Assembly: GCA_015064395.1 (NCBI GenBank)
Contig: SVSH01000012.1
Location: 364-64,363, forward strand
Length of the DNA: 64,000 bases
Direction: 5' to 3'
Source of the DNA: Oscillospiraceae bacterium
GTDB lineage: Bacteria; Bacillota; Clostridia; Oscillospirales; CAG-272
Positions 26,513 through 36,213 of this stretch are shown one piece after another. Within the stretch, counting starts at the first letter, position 1; each line of letters begins with the position of its first letter. A program made the position numbers and the translations under genes. Under the pieces are notes generated by a model, which saw only the letters and a program-made list of their open reading frames with translations, was not told where the DNA came from and ran no database searches.

Positions 26513-28228
26513 ATGAACCGACAGGACAAGCAAGGTCAGACACACCGCAATATTGTTTTTTCTGTATCAACCGTTGTTTTTGCGGCGCTTGTACTCTTTT
26601 TCTACGTCATCAGTAATCTCCCCGCTGTTTCCTCCTGGTTCAAGGGCATTTTCAGTGTACTTGCCCCTGTCATCGGTGGCGCGGCGCTGGCCTACCTTGC
26701 TAACCCCATTCTCAATTTCTTTGAAAGACGCGTTCTTCACCGCATCCGCCCTGATATTCCCCGGCGTATGCTCAGCATCTTTTGCACGTATCTGTTCTTC
26801 ATTCTGATCATCGCCGCTATCGGGTTGCTCATTATCCCCCAGCTGATCAACAGCGTCAGAGCCCTGGTGGCACAGTATGAGAACTACATGGCAAACGCCA
26901 TTACCAACCTCAATCAGTTCATCGCCAACGTCATGACCAATTTCCCCAACCTCCTGCCTGACGGCGTGGAGCAGGAATTCTTGTCATTGGATAAGATCAA
27001 TGCCCTGTTGGAAACGGTACTGGGCAATGCGGGGGATCTGTTCAACCTTCTTTTGGAAAACATCAAGTCCTACGGTGCCAAGCTGTTTTCCACCATCTCC
27101 AACGTGATCCTTTCCCTGTTCATCTCCTTCTACCTGCTTGCCTCCAAGGAAAAAAGACTGGCACAGGTCAAGAAGCTGACCACGGCAATATTGAACGAGA
27201 AGCAAAATTCTTTCATTTACAAGACGGCCAATCTGGCGCACTCCACCTTTGGCGGCTTCCTTGGCGGCAAGCTGCTCGATGCCCTGATCGTCGGTGTCGT
27301 TTACTTCATCGCCTTCACGATCTTTGGTATTCCCTACGCCCCCATGCTTGCAACCATCATGGGCGTGATGAATATCATTCCCTTCTTCGGTCCCATCATC
27401 GGTACCATTCCCACCGCCTTTATCGTCCTGATCTCCGCGCCTGAAAAGATCATTCTTTTGATCATTCTCATCGTCGTTGTCGGTCAGATCGACGGTAATA
27501 TCATCGAGCCCAAGGTGCTCAGCGACCGCACCGGCGTCAGCTCCCTGTGCGTCATTATCGCCATCTCCGTCATGGGCAATTTGTGGGGCATTTTCGGCAT
27601 GATCATCGGCGTTCCTCTGTTTGCCGTCATCATCGCCCTCATTCAGCAGTTTGCCGATGCCAAGCTGGGTCAGAAGGGACTGTCCACCGACCTGGACGAT
27701 TACTATGATGAGGAAGAGGGCACCTTTGCGCCGCAAAACCGCATGAGTAAGGTTCAAAAGCCCCGTCTTTCCCTCCGCTATTATCTGGCCTGGGTGTCCT
27801 TCCTGTTCACCCGCAAATCCCGCCGCGGTGCCAAGCCCTGCCGCGAGGATTATATGATCTATCCTCCCGTTGATGAAGTTGAAAACGCGGAGAACGTGGA
27901 ACCCGGAGAGCAAGAGATCGTTTCCGGGCAAGAGACCACAGACTCGGAGTCCACACAGACCTCCGCGGTGGAGGACACCGCAGAGCAAGAAGCCTCCGCA
28001 GACTACGCATACGACCCGTCGCTTGACGAGGAGACGCGAGAGACACTCGAGGAGCAGTACATGCTGGACGGTTTCGACGACCTCGATGCGTACGAGGACG
28101 AAGAGCTAACGGACGCCCCAGTGGCAGATCGCGTGGAAGCTGACGTGGCCGCTGCTATCGAGGGTGACACCGCCTGCGAGTCGACCGACGAAGACCGCAC
28201 CGCAAGCGGTGCAGACGAGGCCGAATGA
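26513..28228 (+). CDS. AI-2E (PerM/UPF0118) family transporter with ~185-aa acidic C-terminal tail
   Basis: Trimmed to ATG 26513 behind GGAGGTGA. About 8 TM core ending ...IIPFFGPIIGTIP...EPKVLSDRTGVSSL. Tail rich in D/E/T. Confidence 0.85.
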   Translation: MNRQDKQGQTHRNIVFSVSTVVFAALVLFFYVISNLPAVSSWFKGIFSVLAPVIGGAALAYLANPILNFFERRVLHRIRPDIPRRMLSIFCTYLFFILIIAAIGLLIIPQLINSVRALVAQYENYMANAITNLNQFIANVMTNFPNLLPDGVEQEFLSLDKINALLETVLGNAGDLFNLLLENIKSYGAKLFSTISNVILSLFISFYLLASKEKRLAQVKKLTTAILNEKQNSFIYKTANLAHSTFGGFLGGKLLDALIVGVVYFIAFTIFGIPYAPMLATIMGVMNIIPFFGPIIGTIPTAFIVLISAPEKIILLIILIVVVGQIDGNIIEPKVLSDRTGVSSLCVIIAISVMGNLWGIFGMIIGVPLFAVIIALIQQFADAKLGQKGLSTDLDDYYDEEEGTFAPQNRMSKVQKPRLSLRYYLAWVSFLFTRKSRRGAKPCREDYMIYPPVDEVENAENVEPGEQEIVSGQETTDSESTQTSAVEDTAEQEASADYAYDPSLDEETRETLEEQYMLDGFDDLDAYEDEELTDAPVADRVEADVAAAIEGDTACESTDEDRTASGADEAE

Positions 28229-29259
28229 ACCGCATGAAGCATTCGATCGATTCAAATGCCGCCCATGAGCGGCTGCAACAGAATATACGCGTGGAGATCG
28301 GCAATATGGACGATCTCCATCGCCGTATCAGCCGCCTTTTGGAGTGCGGCTACATCCATGCAGAGGAATTGGCAAAGGCCTGCTTTGAATCCATGCAAGA
28401 AACGGGCAAGGGCGCCGGACAATTGGACGTAGACGCCATTGCCGCCTTTCATGAAAAGACCGCTTTGCCCTCTCCCCCGATTCCCATGGAGGAGCACGAG
28501 CGACCTCTTGCACAACTGTATTCTCATCTGTCCACCACCGAGCAGATCTGCTTTTACAGAACGCTTGTGGAAAAGGTCCGCGACTCTGCCACTCTCGCCG
28601 GGCACCTGCTTGGGCGGACCGAGCCCATCGAGTCCTTTGCGCGTGGTGCCATTGCCTACCAGCACAGCATCTACGCCGACGAAGCCTTTTTGCATTTTTC
28701 CCGTACCCTGCCCTCGGCCCGTGCCGTCTATTCGGACAATTTCACCGGCGTGTGCGAGCAGGTGTTCAACGGTCTTTGCGAATATTGCATTCTTCCCTTG
28801 GAAAACACCCAGGACGGCAAGCTGGTTCGCTTTTACAGTCTGATCGAAAAATACGAGCTCAAGATCGTTCTGACCTGCAGCGTTACCACCTCGGACAACC
28901 GCCACTCCACCGTATTTGGCTTATGCCGTCGCGGGTTGACCTGGCCGGTGTCTCTGCTTCCCGAAAAGAGCTTTTGCTTTGAGTTCGTCTTTTGGCAAGA
29001 GCCGGAGCACGTCTCGCTCTCCAAATTGCTCACCGCCGCGTCCGCCTGCTCTCTGTCCCTCTTGCGAGCCGATTGCCGCCCCCGCTCGGACGATGAGATC
29101 CTGATAGGCGCCGGACATCCCTTTGACGTCTGCTTTGAGGTATCATACGAAAAGCAAGCGGGTCTTTTGGCGCCGGAACGAGAATTTTTAGCATTTTTGC
29201 TTTATTTATCCGTACACTCCCCCACTTATCTGCCTCTAGGCATATATCAGATGATCTGA
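28225..29259 (+). CDS. hypothetical protein with prephenate-dehydratase-like (PBP2-fold) region
   Basis: ATGA overlap with the upstream stop. AIAYQHSIYADEAF...VCEQVFNGLCEYCILPLENTQDGKLV resembles the PDT-domain pattern (VPIENS..G.V). The assignment is weak. Confidence 0.5.
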   Translation: MNRMKHSIDSNAAHERLQQNIRVEIGNMDDLHRRISRLLECGYIHAEELAKACFESMQETGKGAGQLDVDAIAAFHEKTALPSPPIPMEEHERPLAQLYSHLSTTEQICFYRTLVEKVRDSATLAGHLLGRTEPIESFARGAIAYQHSIYADEAFLHFSRTLPSARAVYSDNFTGVCEQVFNGLCEYCILPLENTQDGKLVRFYSLIEKYELKIVLTCSVTTSDNRHSTVFGLCRRGLTWPVSLLPEKSFCFEFVFWQEPEHVSLSKLLTAASACSLSLLRADCRPRSDDEILIGAGHPFDVCFEVSYEKQAGLLAPEREFLAFLLYLSVHSPTYLPLGIYQMI

Positions 29260-29289
29260 GGCATATTCTGTTTTTTGAGAGGTAATTTT

Positions 29290-29550
29290 ATGGAACACAT
29301 TTCGTACACACCCCGCGGGGTCTGCTCCCGCCATATTGAGATCGACGTAGAGAACGACGTCATCCGTGACGTGAAGATCACGGGCGGCTGCGCCGGCAAC
29401 ACACAGGGTGTTGCTCGCCTGCTCATCGGCATGAAGGTCGAGGAGGCCATCGAGCGCCTTTCGGGCATTCGTTGCGGCTTCAAGCCCACCTCCTGCCCGG
29501 ATCAGTTGGCATCTGCGCTTCGCCAATATCTGCAAGAAAAAACCGCATAA
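29290..29550 (+). CDS. TSCPD-domain protein (TIGR03905-like)
   Basis: YTPRGVCSRHIEIDVENDVIRDVKITGGCAGNTQGV...GIRCG.KPTSCPDQLA. Confidence 0.8.
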   Translation: MEHISYTPRGVCSRHIEIDVENDVIRDVKITGGCAGNTQGVARLLIGMKVEEAIERLSGIRCGFKPTSCPDQLASALRQYLQEKTA

Positions 29551-29598
29551 ATCCCCCACATTACTTCACAGTCGGCCCGGCCGACGGAAAGGATCATC

Positions 29599-31323
29599 AT
29601 GAGCAACGCCTATCTTGACAACTACAACCGTTGGCTGGCATCTGACAAGCTGACCGAAGAAGAACGCGCCGAGCTTCTGTCCATCCGTGAGGATGAAAAT
29701 GAGATCCGCCAGCGCTTTTCCTGCTACCTTTCCTTTGGCACGGCAGGTCTGCGCGGCACCATGAAGGTGGGCATGAACGCCATGAACGTTCATACCGTTG
29801 CCTATGCGACCCAAGGCTTGGCCGCCCTCATTCTCAAGGAAGGCCGCGCCGCTGACGGTGTTGCTATCGCCTACGACAGCCGCTATCATTCGGATGATTT
29901 TGCCAAGACTGCCGCGTGCGTCCTGGCCGCTTCTGGCATCCGCGCTTACTTGTTTGATGCCCTGCGCCCCACGCCCGAATTGTCCTTTGCCCTGCGCGAG
30001 CTGGGCTGTGTTGCCGGCATCAACATCACCGCATCGCACAATCCCAAGCAATACAACGGCTACAAGGCTTACTGGGAGGACGGCGCACAGCTGCCCCCCG
30101 AGCATGCCGACACGGTAGCCGCTTCCATGCAGGCTCTCGACATTTTCGAGGATGTTCATCTGGCAGACTACAACGAGGCTGTCGCGGACGGTCGCATCGT
30201 GATCATCGGTGCCGAGATGGACGAGAAATATCTGAGCGCTGTGTTGAAGCAGGCAGTCAATCCTGCCGCTGTGAGCGCCGTGGCTGACGATCTGGCTATT
30301 GTTTACTCTCCCCTGCACGGCACGGGCCACAAGCTCATTCCCGAGATCCTGCGCCGCCTGGGGCTCAAGAAGCTGTACACGGTCGACGAGCAAATGGTCA
30401 TTGACGGTGGCTTCCCGACGGTAGAAAAGCCCAACCCCGAATACCCCGAGGTATTCAAGCTGGGTCAGGCGATTGCTGACCGCGTGGGCAGTGATCTGAT
30501 CATCGCCACCGACCCTGACGCTGACCGCGTGGGCGTCATGACGAGAACGCGCGACGGTAGCTTTACCACCATCACGGGCAACCAGATGGGCGCACTTCTG
30601 ATCGACTATATCATCACGGCCTACGAGGACACGAACACCATGCCGCCCGATCCGTATGCCGTCAAGACGATTGTAACGTCCGAGATGGCCGCAAAGATCT
30701 GTGCTTCGCACGGTGTGACGATGTACAACGTGCTGACCGGATTTAAGTTCATCGGTGAGGTCATCAAGAACCACGAGGCCAAGGGTAATTATTCCTATCT
30801 GTTCGGCTTTGAGGAGAGCTACGGATACCTCAAGGGCTCTTACGCTCGCGACAAGGACGCAGTGGTCGCCACCATGCTGATCGTGGAAATGACGGCCTAC
30901 TATAAGGCCAAGGGTATGACGCTGTCCGACGCGCTGGAGGCTCTGTTTGAGCGCTACGGCTTCTGCTATGAGACCAACGTGGAGATCTACATGGAGGGGC
31001 TTGACGGCGCTGTCAAGATGGCGGCTCTGATGGACGGTCTGCGTAATGATCCGCCTAAGGCTTTCGGTGGCGTGGCCGTTGTCGAGCTGCGTGACTACAA
31101 GACGGGCCTGATCACCGACTGCGCGACGGGCGCACAGGTGTCCACGGGTCTGCCCAAATCCAACGTGCTGTACTACAAGCTCGAAAACGGCGACGTGATC
31201 GTGGCACGTCCCTCGGGCACCGAACCCAAGATCAAATTCTACTATCTCTTGGAAGGCGCCGACCTTGCCGACTGCTCTGCCAAGTGCAAGGCGTATCAGC
31301 AGACGCTGAATGAGATGGTATAA
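29599..31323 (+). CDS. phosphoglucomutase (PgcA-type phosphohexomutase)
   Basis: FGTAGLRG, TASHNPKQYNGYK and DPDADR motifs; 574 aa. Confidence 0.9.
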   Translation: MSNAYLDNYNRWLASDKLTEEERAELLSIREDENEIRQRFSCYLSFGTAGLRGTMKVGMNAMNVHTVAYATQGLAALILKEGRAADGVAIAYDSRYHSDDFAKTAACVLAASGIRAYLFDALRPTPELSFALRELGCVAGINITASHNPKQYNGYKAYWEDGAQLPPEHADTVAASMQALDIFEDVHLADYNEAVADGRIVIIGAEMDEKYLSAVLKQAVNPAAVSAVADDLAIVYSPLHGTGHKLIPEILRRLGLKKLYTVDEQMVIDGGFPTVEKPNPEYPEVFKLGQAIADRVGSDLIIATDPDADRVGVMTRTRDGSFTTITGNQMGALLIDYIITAYEDTNTMPPDPYAVKTIVTSEMAAKICASHGVTMYNVLTGFKFIGEVIKNHEAKGNYSYLFGFEESYGYLKGSYARDKDAVVATMLIVEMTAYYKAKGMTLSDALEALFERYGFCYETNVEIYMEGLDGAVKMAALMDGLRNDPPKAFGGVAVVELRDYKTGLITDCATGAQVSTGLPKSNVLYYKLENGDVIVARPSGTEPKIKFYYLLEGADLADCSAKCKAYQQTLNEMV

Positions 31324-31332
31324 AGAGACGAT

Positions 31333-31483
31333 GAGGGGGGACTTCTTGAAAGAAGTCCCCCCTCAAACTCCCCTTCAAGAACTTTATGGAAGAAAATGTT
31401 ATGGGCAAAAGTTGTTTCTTCATATTGCTTACCTAAACAATAGGTCCCGCAAGCTCGTGGGCCCCTTCCCACTCGCTCCATAA
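31333..31483 (+). repeat. stop-proximal hairpin repeat element, copy B
   Basis: gaggggggacttcttgaaagaagtcccccctc (31333..31364), box ccccttcaagaactttat (31370..31387), second box aggtcccgcaagctcgtgggccccttcccactcgctccataa (31442..31483). Starts 9 nt after the stop. Confidence 0.8.
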
Positions 31484-31570
31484 GATTAGATTGACTTGTA
31501 AGGACGGATTTCATATCCGCTCCATTTCATTGACTTTCCGTAGGAAAGGGTTTTGTGGCTCTATCCGGAA

Positions 31571-31611
31571 TGAAAAGCACCGCCTGCCGGTTTGACAGGC
31601 GGTGTTTCGTT
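31571..31611. terminator. bidirectional terminator
   Basis: caccgcctg (31578..31586) pairs with caggcggtg (31596..31604). tttcgtt follows on the plus strand and cttttca on the minus strand. It abuts the Nudix gene stop. Confidence 0.7.
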
Positions 31612-32539
31612 ATAGGTCGGTTTCAAACAATTTTTTAAGCGCCGGCGTGAACGGAATGAACTCCCCCTGTCTATCCATGCGCATAATTTCCTCTCGCGAG
31701 GCGCACTTGGCAGCGGTCGTTTCTCCCTCCTGCAGGATAGCGGAGGACACGTCAAAATTCTGCCGGAACAGCCAGATATCGCAAAAGCTGTCCGTCCACT
31801 GCTCACTTGCTACGACGCGACCGCAGGCGGGGTCAAGCTCGATGCCCGTTTCCTCCCGCATCTCGCGCAAGGCGGCGTAAAGGCTGTCGTCCCCCGCAAG
31901 CGCCGAGCCGCCCGTGAACTCCCACATATTGGGATAGCCCTTATTGGGGGCGCGACGAGTGATGAGAAATTCACCTTTATCATTTTGCAGAAGCACCAGA
32001 ACGACCAGATGGTAGTCACCCTCGGGCAGCGGCACGCCACGCGGGTGAGTGCGCCCGGTCGGCTGGCGATGCCCGTCCAGCACGTCCCACAGTTCCCGGG
32101 CGCTTGTGCTGATGTTCAGGCGGTACTGTACGCGCGAAAAGAGCTTTGGCTGGATGTCGGGATAGGTCAGCTCCTGCGGCAGCAGGTGAGTCGCCATTAC
32201 CTCGCCGATCTCGCTATCCTTGGGCAATTCTCCCCTTGCGCGGACACGCGCCAAAAACAGCATGCCATAGCTCGTCGCGCCGTCCTCGCGTGTGACGCTA
32301 TAGACCTCAACGGGAGTCAGCTCCGCGTCCGTCACGCCCGTTTCCTCGTACAGCTCGCGTCGCGCCGTCTGCTCGATGCGCTCCCCTGTCTCACGATGGC
32401 CTCCCGGGATCTCCCAGGTGGCACGCTCACGGTGGCGGCACAACAGCCACCTACCCTCCTCTTGCGCCATGATCACAGCATATTTCAGTTGATCGTCGGC
32501 AATATCGGTAATGGAGTGGAAGTTGACACCAACGATCAT
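31610..32539 (-). CDS. tandem-domain NUDIX hydrolase
   Basis: Two Nudix boxes: GGHRETGERIEQTARRELYEETGV and GGSALAGDDSLYAALREMREETGI. Confidence 0.85.
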   Translation of the reverse strand: MIVGVNFHSITDIADDQLKYAVIMAQEEGRWLLCRHRERATWEIPGGHRETGERIEQTARRELYEETGVTDAELTPVEVYSVTREDGATSYGMLFLARVRARGELPKDSEIGEVMATHLLPQELTYPDIQPKLFSRVQYRLNISTSARELWDVLDGHRQPTGRTHPRGVPLPEGDYHLVVLVLLQNDKGEFLITRRAPNKGYPNMWEFTGGSALAGDDSLYAALREMREETGIELDPACGRVVASEQWTDSFCDIWLFRQNFDVSSAILQEGETTAAKCASREEIMRMDRQGEFIPFTPALKKLFETDL

Positions 32540-32955
32540 CTCTCCACCTCAGCCTCACTTCCGTCAAGGGCATGGATAGTGGTATGGTAATATTTTTCCT
32601 GGAACTGCACTGCGCGGGCGATCTCCTCGGCTGTAAAGGTCACGCCCTCGGGCGCCATGATGAGCTTATCCTCCACGTCATTGGCGCGGTAGGCAATACC
32701 AATGATGCGTCCCGTAAATTCGCTCACGGGTTCATCCACACCCACAAGAAAGACATCCAGCTCCTCCTCGTCGCCACCAAGGACGCCGGGGATGTAGCCG
32801 TAATTGATGGGATAGACGAGCGTCTTCCCTCCCTTGTGATGAACGTAGCCAATCGGACGGTCGATGCCGATGGTGACTGTCTTACCAAGATACGACTGTA
32901 CCTGCGCGTGCCGCTCCTCGAGCGTCATAAATTCTTTTCCGTGATTGTCAGTCAT
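32536..32955 (-). CDS. family I inorganic pyrophosphatase-like protein (short, divergent)
   Basis: YPINYGYIPGVLGGDEEELDVFLVG parallels the PPase NYGFIP...DGDPLDVLV signature. 4-nt overlap with the Nudix gene. Confidence 0.7.
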   Translation of the reverse strand: MTDNHGKEFMTLEERHAQVQSYLGKTVTIGIDRPIGYVHHKGGKTLVYPINYGYIPGVLGGDEEELDVFLVGVDEPVSEFTGRIIGIAYRANDVEDKLIMAPEGVTFTAEEIARAVQFQEKYYHTTIHALDGSEAEVER

Positions 32956-32971
32956 ACATTTTCCCTCTTGT

Positions 32972-33025
32972 CAGTTTTTTGAAGGGGGCGCGGGGGGAAC
33001 TTTTTTTCAAAAAAGTCCCCCCCGC
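32972..33025 (-). repeat. stop-proximal hairpin repeat element, copy G (TTTTTT-loop variant)
   Basis: Hairpin gcggggggaacttttttt/aaaaaagtcccccccgc (32990..33025, one mismatch) plus box ttttttgaaggggg. It ends 6 nt from the MBOAT stop and is oriented with that gene. Confidence 0.75.
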
Positions 33026-33031
33026 ACACTC

Positions 33032-34489
33032 TTAGAATCTAAAGTAAATAAACGGATTGTAGTCCGAGCCGGTCAGGCAGAAGATGGAGAACAGCGTCAG
33101 GGTTAATGTAGCCGCACTGCCAATCGCAGATACCGCCGTCTCTCCCCAGGAATAGCTCTTGAGCTTCTCCCGCACGTAAGGCACAATAGGAAAACTGCAG
33201 ATGACACCAAGCAAAATGATGATCAGGGTGTATCCGCTTTGCAGTCCTTCGCTTCCCAGCTGGGCGATCGCCTTGTCCCATCCCCAGTTGGAGAAACGGA
33301 ACATGGAACAGACATACTGCCACGCCTTGGTCATATTCTCGGCGCGGAACAATACCCAGCCGATGATGGCAACGAGCATCGTATACACATGTCCAATCGC
33401 GCTCATGGCGATGCGGCAAGCCTTAGCGGCATGGGGCTTATCCTCCAATGCCTTGAAGTCCCCTGCCAGCACCTTCTTCAATCCCATACGCTCAATGACA
33501 AGGAAGAAGCCGTGGAACAGCCCCCAGACAAGGAAGTTCCACGCCGCGCCATGCCAAAAGCCGGTACAGGCAAAGACGATAAGCAGATTGATATAGGTGC
33601 GGACCTTGCCCTTGCGGTTGCCACCCAAGGGAATGTACAGATAATCTCTGAACCAAGAGGACAGCGAGATGTGCCACCGGCGCCAAAATTCCTGGACCGA
33701 TTTGGAGATGTAAGGGTAGTTAAAGTTCTCGATGAAGTTAAAGCCCATCATGTGACCAAGACCGATCGCCATATCAGAGTAACCGCTGAAGTCAAAATAG
33801 ATCTGCAGCGTGTAGGCGATAGCCCCCAGCCATCCCGTGGCGGAAGACATCAGCGTGGGATCCAGCTTGAAGATATTATCCGCCAAAAGGCCGACCGTAT
33901 TGGAAATTACGACCTTCTTGGCAAGACCGACCGAGAATCGGACCACGCCACGGAAGACCTTGTCTACGTCATAGGTGCGGCTCGTCAATTCCTTTTCGAT
34001 GTCGATATAACGGACGATCGGGCCTGCGATCAGCTGCGGGAACAAGGAAATATACAGCGCCAGCTTGAAGGGATTTCGCTGTGTCTTTACGTTGCGCAGA
34101 TACACGTCGATGGTGTACGACATGATCTGGAAGGTAAAGAAGGAGATGCCGATGGGAAGAATGATGTTGATGCGTCCACCCGTGAAGAAACCAAGGTACT
34201 TGAAGTAGAACAGCATCCCCAGATTAACCACGACAGAACCCGTCAAAACGATTTTGCGGATGCGCTCATGATCGTCGTATTTCTCCAACAGCAAACCAAA
34301 GACGTAGTTGAGCACAATCGACAAAAGCATCAGCAGCACGTTTTTCGGCTCGCCCCAGGCGTAGAAAATGAGCGATGCAATCAGCAACTCAATATTCTTG
34401 GCCATGACGTACTTTTTGGGGATGGCATAATAGATCAGTAGCGTCAAGGGCAAGAAGATAAACAAAAATAGCGTTGAACTAAATATCAT
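33032..34489 (-). CDS. MBOAT-family O-acyltransferase (AlgI/DltB-like)
   Basis: 485 aa polytopic protein. FWRRWHISLSSWFRDYLYIPLGGNR contains the catalytic His region. Confidence 0.9.
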   Translation of the reverse strand: MIFSSTLFLFIFLPLTLLIYYAIPKKYVMAKNIELLIASLIFYAWGEPKNVLLMLLSIVLNYVFGLLLEKYDDHERIRKIVLTGSVVVNLGMLFYFKYLGFFTGGRINIILPIGISFFTFQIMSYTIDVYLRNVKTQRNPFKLALYISLFPQLIAGPIVRYIDIEKELTSRTYDVDKVFRGVVRFSVGLAKKVVISNTVGLLADNIFKLDPTLMSSATGWLGAIAYTLQIYFDFSGYSDMAIGLGHMMGFNFIENFNYPYISKSVQEFWRRWHISLSSWFRDYLYIPLGGNRKGKVRTYINLLIVFACTGFWHGAAWNFLVWGLFHGFFLVIERMGLKKVLAGDFKALEDKPHAAKACRIAMSAIGHVYTMLVAIIGWVLFRAENMTKAWQYVCSMFRFSNWGWDKAIAQLGSEGLQSGYTLIIILLGVICSFPIVPYVREKLKSYSWGETAVSAIGSAATLTLTLFSIFCLTGSDYNPFIYFRF

Positions 34490-34549
34490 ATGGGGATTTC
34501 GGGTAAAGGTTCCGTCTTTTCCCTTCCTTTCTCCAGAGTAGAGATCTTA

Positions 34550-36142
34550 TCAATACTCACCCTCGTGAGCCTTGAGGTATTCGTACAGCGAGTCGTAGAC
34601 AGCGTTGTGGCCAAGGTGTCCGTTTTGCGACGCCTCTTGCCAGCCCATGCCAGCAGTCTTGTGAGCGCCGCGGATCTGCTGCTCCGTGGCCTCAAAAATC
34701 ACCAAGTCCTTACCGCGCAACCAATTTTCCCACACCTCAGGGCCATACATCCAGGGGCTGTTGTCGCCCAATGTATCATTCCCATAGTTATCATAGCCGT
34801 TGTAGTAAATCTGCGTCACGTTACCCACGCCGTATTGGTTGATGAAATAAACGATAGAGTGTGCAAACGAACCGCCCTGAACAAGCACGTTGATCTTTTG
34901 AGACCCGGTATTTTTCAGTCCGATATCCGGGAAATAGTAAGCCGAGTCTTTAATAGCCTCTTCGCGATACTTGGGATCCACCATGTCATACAGAATTTTG
35001 AACACATCTTGCTCATTGTTCACGGGACTGGGAGGCGAAGCGTAAGAAAGAACGCCCTTGGCATACGGCGTGACCGTCGTCTTACCCGAGATTTTCTGAT
35101 ACATCTGGATCAGCTTTGCCGTCGATTCAAAGGAGGCCAGCGCGTTCCAGTGGATACCCGTTTTGGGGAAAGTAACAAGAAGTCCGATCTCCTTATAATA
35201 CTCAGCGCTATCCAGATAATTGACATCACTCTCTGCCAGCATCTTGCGCAATCGTTCGATAGGACGAACGTATCCCGGCTTAGCAATGTGTGAATTTTTA
35301 TAGTGGTCAGGAATATAGTCACTATAAGCGCTGGCCTTGCTGGATGTGATGACGTACAGCATCGTTATGCCTCGCTTGGCCAATTCCGTTTGAATATACT
35401 CAAAGCGGTCAACCATCTCCTGCAATCCCTCATCCGTAACAGATGTGTAGGGATCGCTATATCCCATATATTCGTCAATATAGGTTGACTCATACAAATA
35501 TCCCGATTTACCGATCCAGACGCGGTTGTTGCCCTTAAAGCCGGTCGGTTCCTTCGGCACCTGCATCATTTCCAAGCGGTTGATCTGGAAGTAAATGTTG
35601 TTGGGATCCAGATAAACATTGACCGGGGGCTTTGGCGCGGAGGGGGTGTTGCCACCTTCATCGCCGCCTTCATCGTCGCCTTCATCGCCGCTCCCCTCGC
35701 CAGTCCCGTCACCGGGGATGATATCGGGGACGTCGTACAGCTTCTCGCCGCAAACGTCGCACACGCCATCAAAATCATCATCGGCATGCATATCACACAC
35801 GGGAGCCTCGGGGCCTATGTCTCCTTTGAGCACGTTCATGATCTGAACGATCACACCCGCATTTTCCACGTCGATCTGCATCTGTCGAAAGGTGGATACG
35901 ATTTTGGAGCGCAAAGGATAATATTTAGAAAGCCAAGCTTCAAAGGTCGATTGAAATGTTCCGCTCAAGTAGTTTTCAAAAGTCGGCGCTTCTATGCGAA
36001 CGGTGTCCTCTTGCATCTCTGCCTTTGCTTCATCGGGGCCGTCCAGTGCCATCAGGCACATAGGAAACAGCATCACCGCAAAAAAAGCCAGGATGACCGT
36101 AAGACGGATAACAAAATTGACATTCGACGGTTTTTTGTCCAT
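34550..36142 (-). CDS. DHHW/AlgX-AlgJ-like partner of the MBOAT acyltransferase, with acidic low-complexity insert
   Basis: N-terminal TM anchor, GIHWN motif region, position directly upstream of the MBOAT gene. Confidence 0.65.
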   Translation of the reverse strand: MDKKPSNVNFVIRLTVILAFFAVMLFPMCLMALDGPDEAKAEMQEDTVRIEAPTFENYLSGTFQSTFEAWLSKYYPLRSKIVSTFRQMQIDVENAGVIVQIMNVLKGDIGPEAPVCDMHADDDFDGVCDVCGEKLYDVPDIIPGDGTGEGSGDEGDDEGGDEGGNTPSAPKPPVNVYLDPNNIYFQINRLEMMQVPKEPTGFKGNNRVWIGKSGYLYESTYIDEYMGYSDPYTSVTDEGLQEMVDRFEYIQTELAKRGITMLYVITSSKASAYSDYIPDHYKNSHIAKPGYVRPIERLRKMLAESDVNYLDSAEYYKEIGLLVTFPKTGIHWNALASFESTAKLIQMYQKISGKTTVTPYAKGVLSYASPPSPVNNEQDVFKILYDMVDPKYREEAIKDSAYYFPDIGLKNTGSQKINVLVQGGSFAHSIVYFINQYGVGNVTQIYYNGYDNYGNDTLGDNSPWMYGPEVWENWLRGKDLVIFEATEQQIRGAHKTAGMGWQEASQNGHLGHNAVYDSLYEYLKAHEGEY

Positions 36143-36213
36143 CAGGATGTCCTCCGTTTCTCTTTTGTAAAGGGATTTTTACATACGGCAAACTTTGCCT
36201 TGTATGGTAGCAT

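Noticed and set aside
29566-30774. 402-aa minus-strand ORF. Similar long antisense ORFs at 11796..13193, 33239..34441, 36412..37863, 38041..39738, 40769..42049, 22164..23255, 23799..24788, 17147..18298 and 3058..4011
   Set aside because: Each lies opposite a gene with clear family signatures (pgm, ATPase, MBOAT, pncB, spoIVA, PPIase, xseA, TsaD-like, recN, YwaF). None has a plausible RBS or motif.
31232-31806. Small ORFs 31232..31423, 31296..31514 and 31561..31806
   Set aside because: They lie in hairpin repeat copy B and the terminator region, or antisense to the Nudix gene. The similar-looking peptide in copy C is in a different frame, so the conservation is at nucleotide level.
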